Assembly (NCBI GenBank): GCA_020722265.1 | Contig: DYLA01000004.1 | Span: 1-42,080, forward strand | Direction: 5' to 3' | From: Anaerolinea sp. | Lineage (GTDB): Bacteria; Chloroflexota; Anaerolineae; UBA4142 | Length of the DNA stretch: 42,080 bases | Shown here: positions 33,834 through 42,080 of the stretch, piece by piece | Position numbering within the stretch: the first letter of the stretch is position 1 | Layout: each line of letters opens with the position of its first letter | The notes under the pieces: generated by a model | Told to the model about the DNA's origin: nothing | Seen by the model: the letters and a program-made list of their open reading frames with translations, nothing else | Database searches by the model: none | Position numbers and translations under genes: made by a program

Positions 33834-36163
33834 ACCAAAAGCTTCTGTCCGTCTCCGCCTGCCTCCTCATCAGCCTCGCGGTCGGCGCGTGGCTCGGTCG
33901 GCAATGGCAAGGCGAAATCGCCGATAGGGTGCTGACTGGGATCGCGTGGCTCGCGAGCCTCGTTGCCGCGCTCGCGCTCGCCAATGCCGCGTGGCTGCGT
34001 ATCGCCGCGCGCGACCCCGCCGCGCCCCTCATCGCTGGGCGTCACCTCGTGCTGACGCGACACGCGGAACGATGGGTGTTGCGCCTGCAACACCTGGGAC
34101 GCTTGGAGTTCGTCGAGTTCGCGCTGACGCTGCCGCGCGCCCAACCCCTCGACCGCGCCGACGCATTCGCGCGCGTCCTGTTCGCGCTATCGCTCGGCGT
34201 CTATGCGGTGACGCGTCTCGTCGCGCTCGACGAATTCCCGATTTACTTTTTCACCGACGAAGCGATCCATCCCGTCCTTGCCTCCGAACTGATCCAGCGC
34301 GGTTTCCGCGACGTACAAGGGAATCTTTTCCCCGCGTACTTTCAGAACGGGTTGTACTGGAACCTGTCGCTCTCGGTTTATCTCCACGCGCTTCCGACCG
34401 CGCTCTTGGGCAAATCCATCTTGGTCACGCGCGCGATGTCGGTGGTCATCGGCATCTTCGGCGCAGCCGCCGTCGGCTTGATCCTCAAACTCTTTTTCCG
34501 CGTCGAGCGCTGGTGGCTCGGCGTCCTGCTCCTTTCGATTACGCCGGCGTGGTTCTTGCACTCGCGCACCGCGTTCGAGACGGCGTTGATGGTGTCGTTC
34601 TACGCGTGGTTCTTGCTCTGCTATCTACTCTATCGCTATCGCTCGCCCCACTATCTTTTCCCCGCGCTCGTCTTTGGTGCGGCGACGTTCTACGCGTACT
34701 CGAACGGACAAACGGTGATGCTCGCGTCCGGCATCCTCTTTCTTGTTTCCGATTTTCGGTATCACCTGCGCCATTGGCGCGTCGCCGCGTGGGGCGCGCT
34801 GCTGTTGGGATTTCTCGCGCTGCCATACGTCTCGTTTCGGGCGCAGATGCCGGAGGCGGTCACGTCGCACCTGCGCATCCTGAACTCGTACTGGCTCTTG
34901 CCGATTCCGCTCGAAGAAAAAATCGGACGCTGGCTCTCGACGTACGCCTACGGCTTGAGCCCGCGCTATTGGTTTCTTCCGAACGAACACGACTTGGTCC
35001 GCCATCGGATGGATGGCTATGGTCACTTGTGGTGGTGGACATTTCCGTTTTTCCTCCTCGGCGTCGCGCAGTGCGTTCGCCACATCAAATCGCCGGCGTC
35101 CCGCGCGCTGATCATCGCCGCGCTCTCCGCGCCATTCGGCTGCGCGTTCGCGGAAATCTTTATCACGCGCGCGCTGCTCTTCGTCCTGCCGGCAAGCATC
35201 CTGACCGCACTCGGACTCGATTGGCTGATTGGTTGGCTCCGCACGCCGCGCGCGCGGCAGATCGCCGCGCTGGGCGTTTTCGTTTCACTCGCGGGCGTGA
35301 ACGTCGCGATGCTGCGCGACGCGCTCGCGAACGGTCCCACGTGGCACACCAACTATGGTTTGTATGGGATGCAGTGGGGCGCGCGCCAACTTTTTTCGCA
35401 AGAGATTCCTGCGCTGGCGCAGCGCCATCCCGCTAGTTCGATTTATCTGACGCCGACGTGGGCGAACGGCACCGATGTCTTTGTCCGCTTTTTCGACGCC
35501 GACCGCTTCAATCTGCGTCTGCTCAACGTGGATCACTTTTTGACGTACAAACGCGATCTCGATTCCAACGCGATTCTCGTGATGACGAAAGAGGAGTATG
35601 ACCGCGCTCAAAAGAGTGGCAAGTTCAAGGAGATCGCGCTGGAGCAGACCTTGAAATACCCGGATGGCAACGATGGCTTTTACTTTGCGCGCCTCGCCTA
35701 CGTGGACGATGTGGACGCGATCTTCGCCGCCGAGCGCGAGGCGCGCCGACATCTCGTGACCGAGACGGTCACACTGAACGGCGAAACCATCCCAATCGCG
35801 CACTCGCTCTTCGACGGCGGGCGCGTGCAAGACTTGTTCGACGGCGACACGTTCACGCTCGCGCGCGGGATGGAAGCGAATCCGCTCATCCTCGAGTTCG
35901 CGTTCCCACAGCCGCGCGCGGTGCGCGGGATCGAAGGTACCTTTGGCAAGATGAACTTTCGGTGGACGCTGCTCGTGTACGCCGACGCCGCCGAACCGCC
36001 GGTGACGTACTGGGCGGAGCATCGCGATTCGCCCGGCGAGCCGCACGTCCAAATGGATTTCGATCGCGGACCCACGCGCGTCTCCAAACTCCGCATCGAA
36101 ATCCTCGCACTCGATGCGGCAGAGCCGGCGCACATTCACGTACGGGAAATCCAGTTACGGTGA
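33830..36163 (+). CDS. GT-C glycosyltransferase with C-terminal soluble domains
   Basis: FFTDEA, FLHSRTAFE, multi-TM; ATGA coupling with the previous gene. Confidence 0.82.
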   Translation: MNQKLLSVSACLLISLAVGAWLGRQWQGEIADRVLTGIAWLASLVAALALANAAWLRIAARDPAAPLIAGRHLVLTRHAERWVLRLQHLGRLEFVEFALTLPRAQPLDRADAFARVLFALSLGVYAVTRLVALDEFPIYFFTDEAIHPVLASELIQRGFRDVQGNLFPAYFQNGLYWNLSLSVYLHALPTALLGKSILVTRAMSVVIGIFGAAAVGLILKLFFRVERWWLGVLLLSITPAWFLHSRTAFETALMVSFYAWFLLCYLLYRYRSPHYLFPALVFGAATFYAYSNGQTVMLASGILFLVSDFRYHLRHWRVAAWGALLLGFLALPYVSFRAQMPEAVTSHLRILNSYWLLPIPLEEKIGRWLSTYAYGLSPRYWFLPNEHDLVRHRMDGYGHLWWWTFPFFLLGVAQCVRHIKSPASRALIIAALSAPFGCAFAEIFITRALLFVLPASILTALGLDWLIGWLRTPRARQIAALGVFVSLAGVNVAMLRDALANGPTWHTNYGLYGMQWGARQLFSQEIPALAQRHPASSIYLTPTWANGTDVFVRFFDADRFNLRLLNVDHFLTYKRDLDSNAILVMTKEEYDRAQKSGKFKEIALEQTLKYPDGNDGFYFARLAYVDDVDAIFAAEREARRHLVTETVTLNGETIPIAHSLFDGGRVQDLFDGDTFTLARGMEANPLILEFAFPQPRAVRGIEGTFGKMNFRWTLLVYADAAEPPVTYWAEHRDSPGEPHVQMDFDRGPTRVSKLRIEILALDAAEPAHIHVREIQLR

Positions 36164-38154
36164 AATCGCTTCGAGTGACTCAACGACAAACCTATCTCGC
36201 GCTGTTCGCGATTCTGCTCCTCGCCGCGTGCTTGCGTCTCTATCGCCTCGACGCGTTGCCGCCGGGCTTGCACTACGACGAGGCGTTCAAAGGAGTTGTG
36301 GCGCGCCAGATTCTTGCGGGTGCAGACCGCTCGCTCTTTTTCCGCGAAAATTTCACCGAAGAACCGATGATGATGTACGCGACCGCCCTCGCGTTCGCGT
36401 TCATCGGCGAGACACCTTGGGCGATTCGACTTGTCTCCGCGCTCGCCGGCATCGCCACGATTGCCGCGCTGTACGCGCTGGCGCGCGCGCTGTTTCGCTC
36501 GCGCGCGCTGGCGCTCCTCGCCGCGTTCGGGTTGGCGATTTTGTACTGGCACGTCAACTTTAGCCGCCTTGGCATGGAGCCGATTCTCACCCCGTTGATG
36601 CTGACGCTGGCGATGGGATTCTTGATTCGTTCCTTGCGCGAGCCACTCGCACACCAGCGACCGGGGGCAGCGGTTGGCGGTCGGCGGTCACTCGTCGGCT
36701 TTGCTCTCGCCGGCGTTTTCCTCGGTGCGACGCAGTACACCTACAAAGCCGCGCTCTTTGTTCCCGTTCTCGTCGCGGCGTGGCTTGGCGTGGAGACGCT
36801 CGCCGACCAGACCTTCTGGACGCGGCACGGGCGCGGACTGGTCATTTGCGCGCTGGTCGCCGTTTTGGTTTTTGCGCCACTTGGGTTATACTTTGCCGCA
36901 CATCCGGGTGAGTTTCTCGAACGCCCGAGCACGGTGACGGCGACGACGAGTGCGGCGAGCATCGCCGAGAACGCGCTCAAGGTCGCGGGAATGTTCTTTG
37001 TGCGCGGTGACGAGAATCCGCGCAGCAACTTGCCCGGGCGTCCCACGCTCGATCCGTTTCTCGCGCTCGGATTCGTCGCCGGGCTCGTGGCGTGCGTCGC
37101 GCGCATCCACCGCACCGAAGCGCGCTTGCTCCTCCTCTGGCTCGGCGTGATGACGCTGCCGAGTGTTCTGACCGATTACGCGCCGCACTTTGGGCGCAGC
37201 ATCGGCGCGACGCCGGCAATCGCCCTCGTCGTCGCCTACGGATTCGGCGCGATACTGCAAACGCTCGAACGCCGACTGCCGGCTGCCGACCGCCGACGGG
37301 TGGCTGCCTACTGCCTACTGCTCGCCGGACTCGCGTTTAGCACGTTCGCGACCGCGCGCGATTATTTCGCGGTGTGGGGCACGCGCACCGGCTTGTTCGA
37401 CTCGTTCGATGTGGGGTATCTCGCGCTCGCGGAAAAACTGCGCGCGCGTCCCGCCGACGAAACGCTGTACCTTTCGCCGGTGGCAGAGCAGCATTACACG
37501 ATACAGTTCGGGCTCGCGGGACGCGCCGCGCGCAGTTTCGATGGTCGGCGCGTACTGGTGGTGCCGCCGGCACGCCCGGCGGCGTACGGCATCGTCACGC
37601 GCGAGGACGCGCGTTCGCTGGCGCGGCTGGAAGCGATTTTCCCGGAGGTGCGCGTCGTCGGAACAATACGCGACTATCTCGGCAATCCGTACGCGGCGAT
37701 TGCGCGCGTTAGGGGCGCACCGCACCTTGCGCCGCAGGTGGTCGTGCGCGCGCGGCTGGATGACGCCATCGAACTGACTGGCGCCGACGTGACGCGCGAG
37801 GGGAAGCGTATCCTCATCACCGCGTACTGGAGTTGCCGCGCCGAGACGCGCACCGATTACACCGTCTTTGCGCATCTGGTCGGCGCGCGCAACCCGGCCA
37901 CTGGGTCGCCGGTGTGGGCACAGGAGGATACGCGCCCCGGCCGTGGCTCGTATCCGACGCCGCGCTGGCGCGCCGGCGAAATCGTGATAGAGGAATATCA
38001 ACTGACGCTGCCGGCAGATTTGCCGCGCGGCGAATACACCATCGAAATGGGAATGTATATCTTAGAAACAGGCGCGCGGGCGCGCGTGGTGGATACGCGC
38101 GGTGCGCCGATGGAGAGTGACCGTGTCGTTCTCAAGAGAATCACGCTACCGTAA
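36160..38154 (+). CDS. GT-C glycosyltransferase with C-terminal extracellular beta domain
   Basis: PPGLHYDEA, WHVNFSRLG, PHFGR; GTGA coupling; C-terminal domain paralogous to that of 30159-32042 (NPATGSPVWAQ vs NPATHSPVWAQ). Confidence 0.85.
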   Translation: MKSLRVTQRQTYLALFAILLLAACLRLYRLDALPPGLHYDEAFKGVVARQILAGADRSLFFRENFTEEPMMMYATALAFAFIGETPWAIRLVSALAGIATIAALYALARALFRSRALALLAAFGLAILYWHVNFSRLGMEPILTPLMLTLAMGFLIRSLREPLAHQRPGAAVGGRRSLVGFALAGVFLGATQYTYKAALFVPVLVAAWLGVETLADQTFWTRHGRGLVICALVAVLVFAPLGLYFAAHPGEFLERPSTVTATTSAASIAENALKVAGMFFVRGDENPRSNLPGRPTLDPFLALGFVAGLVACVARIHRTEARLLLLWLGVMTLPSVLTDYAPHFGRSIGATPAIALVVAYGFGAILQTLERRLPAADRRRVAAYCLLLAGLAFSTFATARDYFAVWGTRTGLFDSFDVGYLALAEKLRARPADETLYLSPVAEQHYTIQFGLAGRAARSFDGRRVLVVPPARPAAYGIVTREDARSLARLEAIFPEVRVVGTIRDYLGNPYAAIARVRGAPHLAPQVVVRARLDDAIELTGADVTREGKRILITAYWSCRAETRTDYTVFAHLVGARNPATGSPVWAQEDTRPGRGSYPTPRWRAGEIVIEEYQLTLPADLPRGEYTIEMGMYILETGARARVVDTRGAPMESDRVVLKRITLP

Positions 38155-38173
38155 CATCGTTTCTTCGGGTGAG

Positions 38174-38755
38174 ATGCCTCGCGGCGCCAGGTCGGTGCCC
38201 ATCGGGCTCGTCGGCGCGATCGCGGCATTCCTCCTGATCCTCTGCTGCGCGTGCGCCGGCTTGCTCATCGGTTTGCAATTGAGCGGCGCGAACGCGTCGC
38301 TGCTGAACCGCGCGTCCTCCGCCTTCGCGCCGGCGACGCCGACGGTGGACAAGAACGCGCCCGTGCCGCTCAAGAAACCGGGCTTGGCGGGCAATGGACT
38401 CGAAGTGACTGTCCTGGCGATGCAGCGTCCGCTCAAAGTCGAAGGTGGACTCCAACTTCCCGCTGATCAACAACTGATCCTCGTGACGGTGAATATCCGC
38501 AATACCAAGAAAACCGGCGCCGCGCTCAAAGTGACCGCCGCCGATTTCAAGGTCAAGGGGGATGGCGGGCTGACGTACGACGCGAACCCCAAGACTGTGA
38601 CGATTCCCGGGATGCTGACCGAGTTGAATCTTGCGCCCGGCAAGAGCCAGGAAGCGGAATTGATCTACCAGATCGCCGTGGACGATTCGGGGCTCAAGTT
38701 GTATTGGAAAGTCGGCAGCGCGACGCGTACTTTCTTGCTCGAACAAACGAAATGA
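38174..38755 (+). CDS. Membrane-anchored DUF4352-like Ig-fold protein
   Basis: N-terminal TM with CCAC; VTVNIRNT, DFKV..GG.TY, LAPGKSQEAELIYQI. Confidence 0.7.
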   Translation: MPRGARSVPIGLVGAIAAFLLILCCACAGLLIGLQLSGANASLLNRASSAFAPATPTVDKNAPVPLKKPGLAGNGLEVTVLAMQRPLKVEGGLQLPADQQLILVTVNIRNTKKTGAALKVTAADFKVKGDGGLTYDANPKTVTIPGMLTELNLAPGKSQEAELIYQIAVDDSGLKLYWKVGSATRTFLLEQTK

Positions 38756-41136
38756 TACTGCTGCTCGCGGCGAGTGTCTGGCTGATCGCGTTGTTCATCG
38801 CGCTGGCACAGCGCCGCGCCCGCGAGGCTTGGCGGGATGTGCTTGCCATCGGCGTCGTCGGCGCGGCGACCGCCGGTTTTTTCTGGCGATTGCTCGCGGG
38901 CCAGGTGTGGATGCCGGCAGGCGGCGGCGACCTCGCCCAGTTTCTCTATCCGACGTACTCCTTCGCTGCCGCGTGGTGGCGGCGCGGCGTCCTCCCGCTC
39001 TGGAACCCGTACCTCTTTGCCGGCGCGCCGTTCCTCGGCGACATCCAGTCCGGCATTTTCTATCCGCTCAACCTTCTTACTTTTCTGCTTTCCTCGCCGC
39101 TCACCTTCCGTGATTTGGAATTTCTTTCCGTCCTGCATTTTTTCCTCGCCGGCGCGGGGATGTATCTCTTTTTGCGATTTGGGCGCTGGGGACGACCAAG
39201 TTCGAGGTTCGCGGTTCAAGGTTCAAACTTTGAATCACGAACTGGGGACTCGCTCGCGCGTCCTGCCGCGCTCGCTGGCGCGCTCGCGTTCGAGTTTAGC
39301 GATCTGTTCATCACGCACTTTGGGAATCTCAACTTGATCGCGGTCGCGGCGTGGCTGCCGCTGGTGCTGCTGTTCTACCGCCGCGCGGTGACGGAGCGGC
39401 GCGCGGCGCTCGCGGCGATTGCCGGCATTCTGCTCGCGGTAGCATTCCTCGCCGGGCACATTCAAGCGTTCTTGTTCATCGTGTTCGCGCTGGGGCTGTT
39501 CGCGATTTGGATGACGGTGACCGGCAGTCGGCGGTCTGCGCTCGTCGGTCTAGCCGTCGTCGCGCTCGTCGCGTTTGGGCTCGCTGCGCCCGCGCTGCTC
39601 CCCGCGCTCGAATTCGCGCAACACACGGTGCGCGCCACCTTTGCGTACGAGCAAGCCGCGCAGTACTCGCTGCCGCCGGCGCAATTGATCGGGCTGTTCG
39701 TTCCCGGCTTTTTCGGACGCGGACCGCAGCACGCGTGGGGACCCTGGGCGCGCGTCGAAGTCGGCTACATCGGCGTCCTGCCGATGCTGCTCGCGCTGCT
39801 CGCGTTGATTCTGCGCCGCGACGCGCCGACGCGATTCTGGGGCGCGTTCGCGCTCGTGGGGCTCGCGCTCGCGCTGGGCGGCTATGCGATTTTGCACGGT
39901 TGGCTCTACCAACTGGTTCCCGGCTTTGGGCAGTTGCGCGCCCCCGCGCGATTCATCGTGCTGATGGATTTCGCGCTCGCCGCGCTCGCCGCGTTCGGGT
40001 TCGATACACTCTTGCGCGCCCTCCCACACGAAAGTGCGCGCGCGTTCAAGCGTATCGTTCGCGCCGCGCCGTTCGTGTTTTGGCTGATCGCGCTGCCCGC
40101 CGGCGCGACGGCGTACGCGATTTTGATTCTGGGGCAGGGACAGGACGCGGTCTTGTTCGCGCGCATCGCCAACGCCGCGAACGCGCTGGCGTTCTTCATC
40201 CTGCTCCTCGCGTGCGCGTGCGCGCTCGTCATCGCGCGCGGCACACGCTTCTTTCACCCGCGCGTGTGGGCAATCGCCGCGCTCGCGCTCATCGGTTTCG
40301 ATCTCTTTTCGCTTGGCGCGTACGTGGACGCGAGTACCGACGACCCAACGCGCGTGTTCGAGCATCCGGGCGCGGTGGCGTTTCTCCGGAGCGATGGCAG
40401 TCTCTTTCGCGTGGACTCACAGGGAACCGGCGTGGAGAACGTGTGGACTGCCGACACCGCGCTCCTCTACGGCATCGGCGACGTGAACGGCGACAACCCG
40501 CTCGTGCTAGCGGATTTCGACCGGTACTGGCAAGCGCTTGGCAGTCGCTCGTCGCCGCTGTACGATTTGCTCAACACCAAGTATTTGCTCGCGCGCAAGA
40601 GCGCGCCGGTGGATCGCGCGAAATTCCACCTCGCGTTCGATGACGCGGCGTTCAATATTTACACGAACGCGCGTGTCCTGCCGCGCGCGTTCATCGTCGC
40701 TGAGGCGCGCACCGCGACGGATCACGCTGCCGCGCTCGCGGCGATTCACGCCCCCGACTTTGACCCCGCGCGGATGGCGGTGCTGGAGACCGCCGACACG
40801 CGCGCGGCGGCGGTCGGTGGTCTGCCGTCGGCAGTCGCAATCGTTGGCTATGGTCCCAACGAGATTCTGCTGGAGGTGACCGCGCCGGGCGGCGGCATGT
40901 TGGTGTTGAGCGAGGTGTACTATCCCGGCTGGCGCGCGTGGGTGGACGATCGCGAAACGTCCGTGCTGCGCGCGAACTATCTTTTCCGCGCGGTCGAGTT
41001 GCCGGCGGGGGCGCGTCGCGTGCGGCTGCTGTACGATCCGCTGTCGTTCCAGGCCGGGGTGGGGCTATTCGCGGCGACCGCGCTGGCGTTGGGCGCGACC
41101 GTTTGGTGGCAATGGCGCTCGCGGCGCGGGGCTTGA
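38752..41136 (+). CDS. YfhO-family GT-C membrane protein
   Basis: DLAQFLYP, LPLWNPYLFAGAPFLGDIQ..FYP, RAPARF, LSEVYYPGWRAWVD, RANYLFRAV. Confidence 0.88.
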   Translation: MILLLAASVWLIALFIALAQRRAREAWRDVLAIGVVGAATAGFFWRLLAGQVWMPAGGGDLAQFLYPTYSFAAAWWRRGVLPLWNPYLFAGAPFLGDIQSGIFYPLNLLTFLLSSPLTFRDLEFLSVLHFFLAGAGMYLFLRFGRWGRPSSRFAVQGSNFESRTGDSLARPAALAGALAFEFSDLFITHFGNLNLIAVAAWLPLVLLFYRRAVTERRAALAAIAGILLAVAFLAGHIQAFLFIVFALGLFAIWMTVTGSRRSALVGLAVVALVAFGLAAPALLPALEFAQHTVRATFAYEQAAQYSLPPAQLIGLFVPGFFGRGPQHAWGPWARVEVGYIGVLPMLLALLALILRRDAPTRFWGAFALVGLALALGGYAILHGWLYQLVPGFGQLRAPARFIVLMDFALAALAAFGFDTLLRALPHESARAFKRIVRAAPFVFWLIALPAGATAYAILILGQGQDAVLFARIANAANALAFFILLLACACALVIARGTRFFHPRVWAIAALALIGFDLFSLGAYVDASTDDPTRVFEHPGAVAFLRSDGSLFRVDSQGTGVENVWTADTALLYGIGDVNGDNPLVLADFDRYWQALGSRSSPLYDLLNTKYLLARKSAPVDRAKFHLAFDDAAFNIYTNARVLPRAFIVAEARTATDHAAALAAIHAPDFDPARMAVLETADTRAAAVGGLPSAVAIVGYGPNEILLEVTAPGGGMLVLSEVYYPGWRAWVDDRETSVLRANYLFRAVELPAGARRVRLLYDPLSFQAGVGLFAATALALGATVWWQWRSRRGA

Positions 41137-41161
41137 CACGCCCGCTAATCCGCGATAGTAT
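41133..41161 (+). promoter_or_regulatory. Promoter for rsfS
   Basis: TTGACA-N17-TAGTAT. Confidence 0.65.
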
Positions 41162-41190
41162 AAGCCACCACATCCTAGGAGGATGCTATT

Positions 41191-41535
41191 CTGGAATCCA
41201 ACGACTTGGCTCGCTTGATCGTTGACCTCGTTTCGGACAAAAAGGGCGCGGATATTCTGCTCCTCGATACGCGCGCGGTCTCTATCATCGCCGACTATTT
41301 CGTGATCGCGACCGGCGAGAGCGAACGGCAAATCAAAGCCATCGCCGACGAAATCCAAAAGCACTTGAAGAAACATACGGTCCTACCGCTCGGCGTGGAG
41401 GGAACACCGGCTTCGGGCTGGGTCCTCCTCGATTACAACAGTGTCATCGTCCATCTTTTTAGCCCTGCGCTCCGCGACTATTACCGGCTAGAGAAACTCT
41501 GGGAGCGCGCACCCGTCGTGGTGCGGATACAATGA
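41191..41535 (+). CDS. rsfS: Ribosome silencing factor RsfS (Iojap)
   Basis: DKKGADILLLD, ADYFVIATG.SERQIKAIAD, WVLLDY..VIVHLF, RDYYRLEKLW; start uncertain (CTG 41191 after AGGAGG, or TTG 41206). Confidence 0.93.
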   Translation: MESNDLARLIVDLVSDKKGADILLLDTRAVSIIADYFVIATGESERQIKAIADEIQKHLKKHTVLPLGVEGTPASGWVLLDYNSVIVHLFSPALRDYYRLEKLWERAPVVVRIQ

Positions 41536-41555
41536 ACGTAGGGGGGAGATGCAAA

Positions 41556-41582
41556 ACGGCGCGGGTCCGAACCCCGCGCCGT
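41556..41582. terminator. Hairpin between convergent rsfS and ndk
   Basis: 10-bp stem ACGGCGCGGG/CCCGCGCCGT; TTTT follows on the minus strand. Confidence 0.7.
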
Positions 41583-41618
41583 CTTCTGTCTCCGGCTCAC
41601 TCTCCCCTCTCCTACGGT

Positions 41619-42068
41619 TCACTCGTTCACCCACCGATCCACCTCGCGCGTGTACGAGAGCAACTCCTCCGGCTTGAACCACAGCGCGATTTCATTCGCC
41701 GCCGTTTCGGGCGCGTCGGATGCGTGGATGAGATTGCGCAGCCCCATCAGCGCGTAATCGCCGCGAATCGTGCCGGCGGCTGCTTCCCACGGACGCGTCG
41801 CGCCGACCATCGTGCGCACCACACTAATCGCCTCGTGTCCCTCCAGCACCATCGCGACGACCGGGCTGGAGCCGATGTAATTCACCAACCCCTCGTAAAA
41901 GAACTTGCCTTTGTGAACGGCATAATGCTCCTCAGCCAAGTCGTGGCTCACTTGGACCATTTTCAGCGCGACGATTTTCAATCCGCGCTCTTCGAAGCGC
42001 GCCAAGATTTTGCCGACGAGCCCGCGTTGCACGCCGTCGGGTTTGACGATGACAAGTGTCTGTTGCAA
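41619..42068 (-). CDS. ndk: Nucleoside diphosphate kinase
   Basis: TLVIVKPDGVQRGL, GTIRGDY, NLIHASD; TTG start after GAGGAGG. Confidence 0.97.
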   Translation of the reverse strand: MQQTLVIVKPDGVQRGLVGKILARFEERGLKIVALKMVQVSHDLAEEHYAVHKGKFFYEGLVNYIGSSPVVAMVLEGHEAISVVRTMVGATRPWEAAAGTIRGDYALMGLRNLIHASDAPETAANEIALWFKPEELLSYTREVDRWVNE

Positions 42069-42080
42069 AGAAACCTCCTC

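Noticed and set aside
1-42080. CRISPR array
   Set aside because: No regularly spaced 25-40 bp direct repeats found by eye in any intergenic region; the gaps are mostly too short to hold one
1-42080. tRNA/rRNA genes
   Set aside because: No cloverleaf or rRNA signatures seen; nearly all sequence is explained by CDSs

Overview
GC-rich bacterial chromosomal window, most consistent with Chloroflexota/Anaerolineae (inferred from gene content: arrays of GT-C glycosyltransferases, DUF2089/SHOCT-like genes, REP-type palindromes). It begins at dnaA with a cluster of DnaA-box-like sites and ends at rsfS/ndk. The stand-out feature is a compact minus-strand three-gene type III-derived Cas module at 5552-10674. 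It comprises (i) a ~1076-aa single-chain effector with three fused Cas7/RAMP domains and a ~320-aa helical insertion, (ii) a ~313-aa Zn-finger protein that looks like a heavily truncated Cas10 with no HD or GGDD motif, and (iii) a Cas6-like protein. No CRISPR array, cas1/cas2, separate cas5 or CARF effector is visible in the window. The module has its own promoter and a structured ~160-nt leader, and runs directly into a GNAT gene and a mutY whose C-terminal domain has an intact Nudix box. The rest is housekeeping, metabolic and envelope genes: split 2-oxoacid:ferredoxin oxidoreductase, two DegV, PlsY, phosphomannose isomerase, GH13 and GH4 glycosidases, a Psp/Lia-like accessory cluster and six GT-C-type membrane glycosyltransferases. 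All calls come from reading motifs by eye; no database searches were run.
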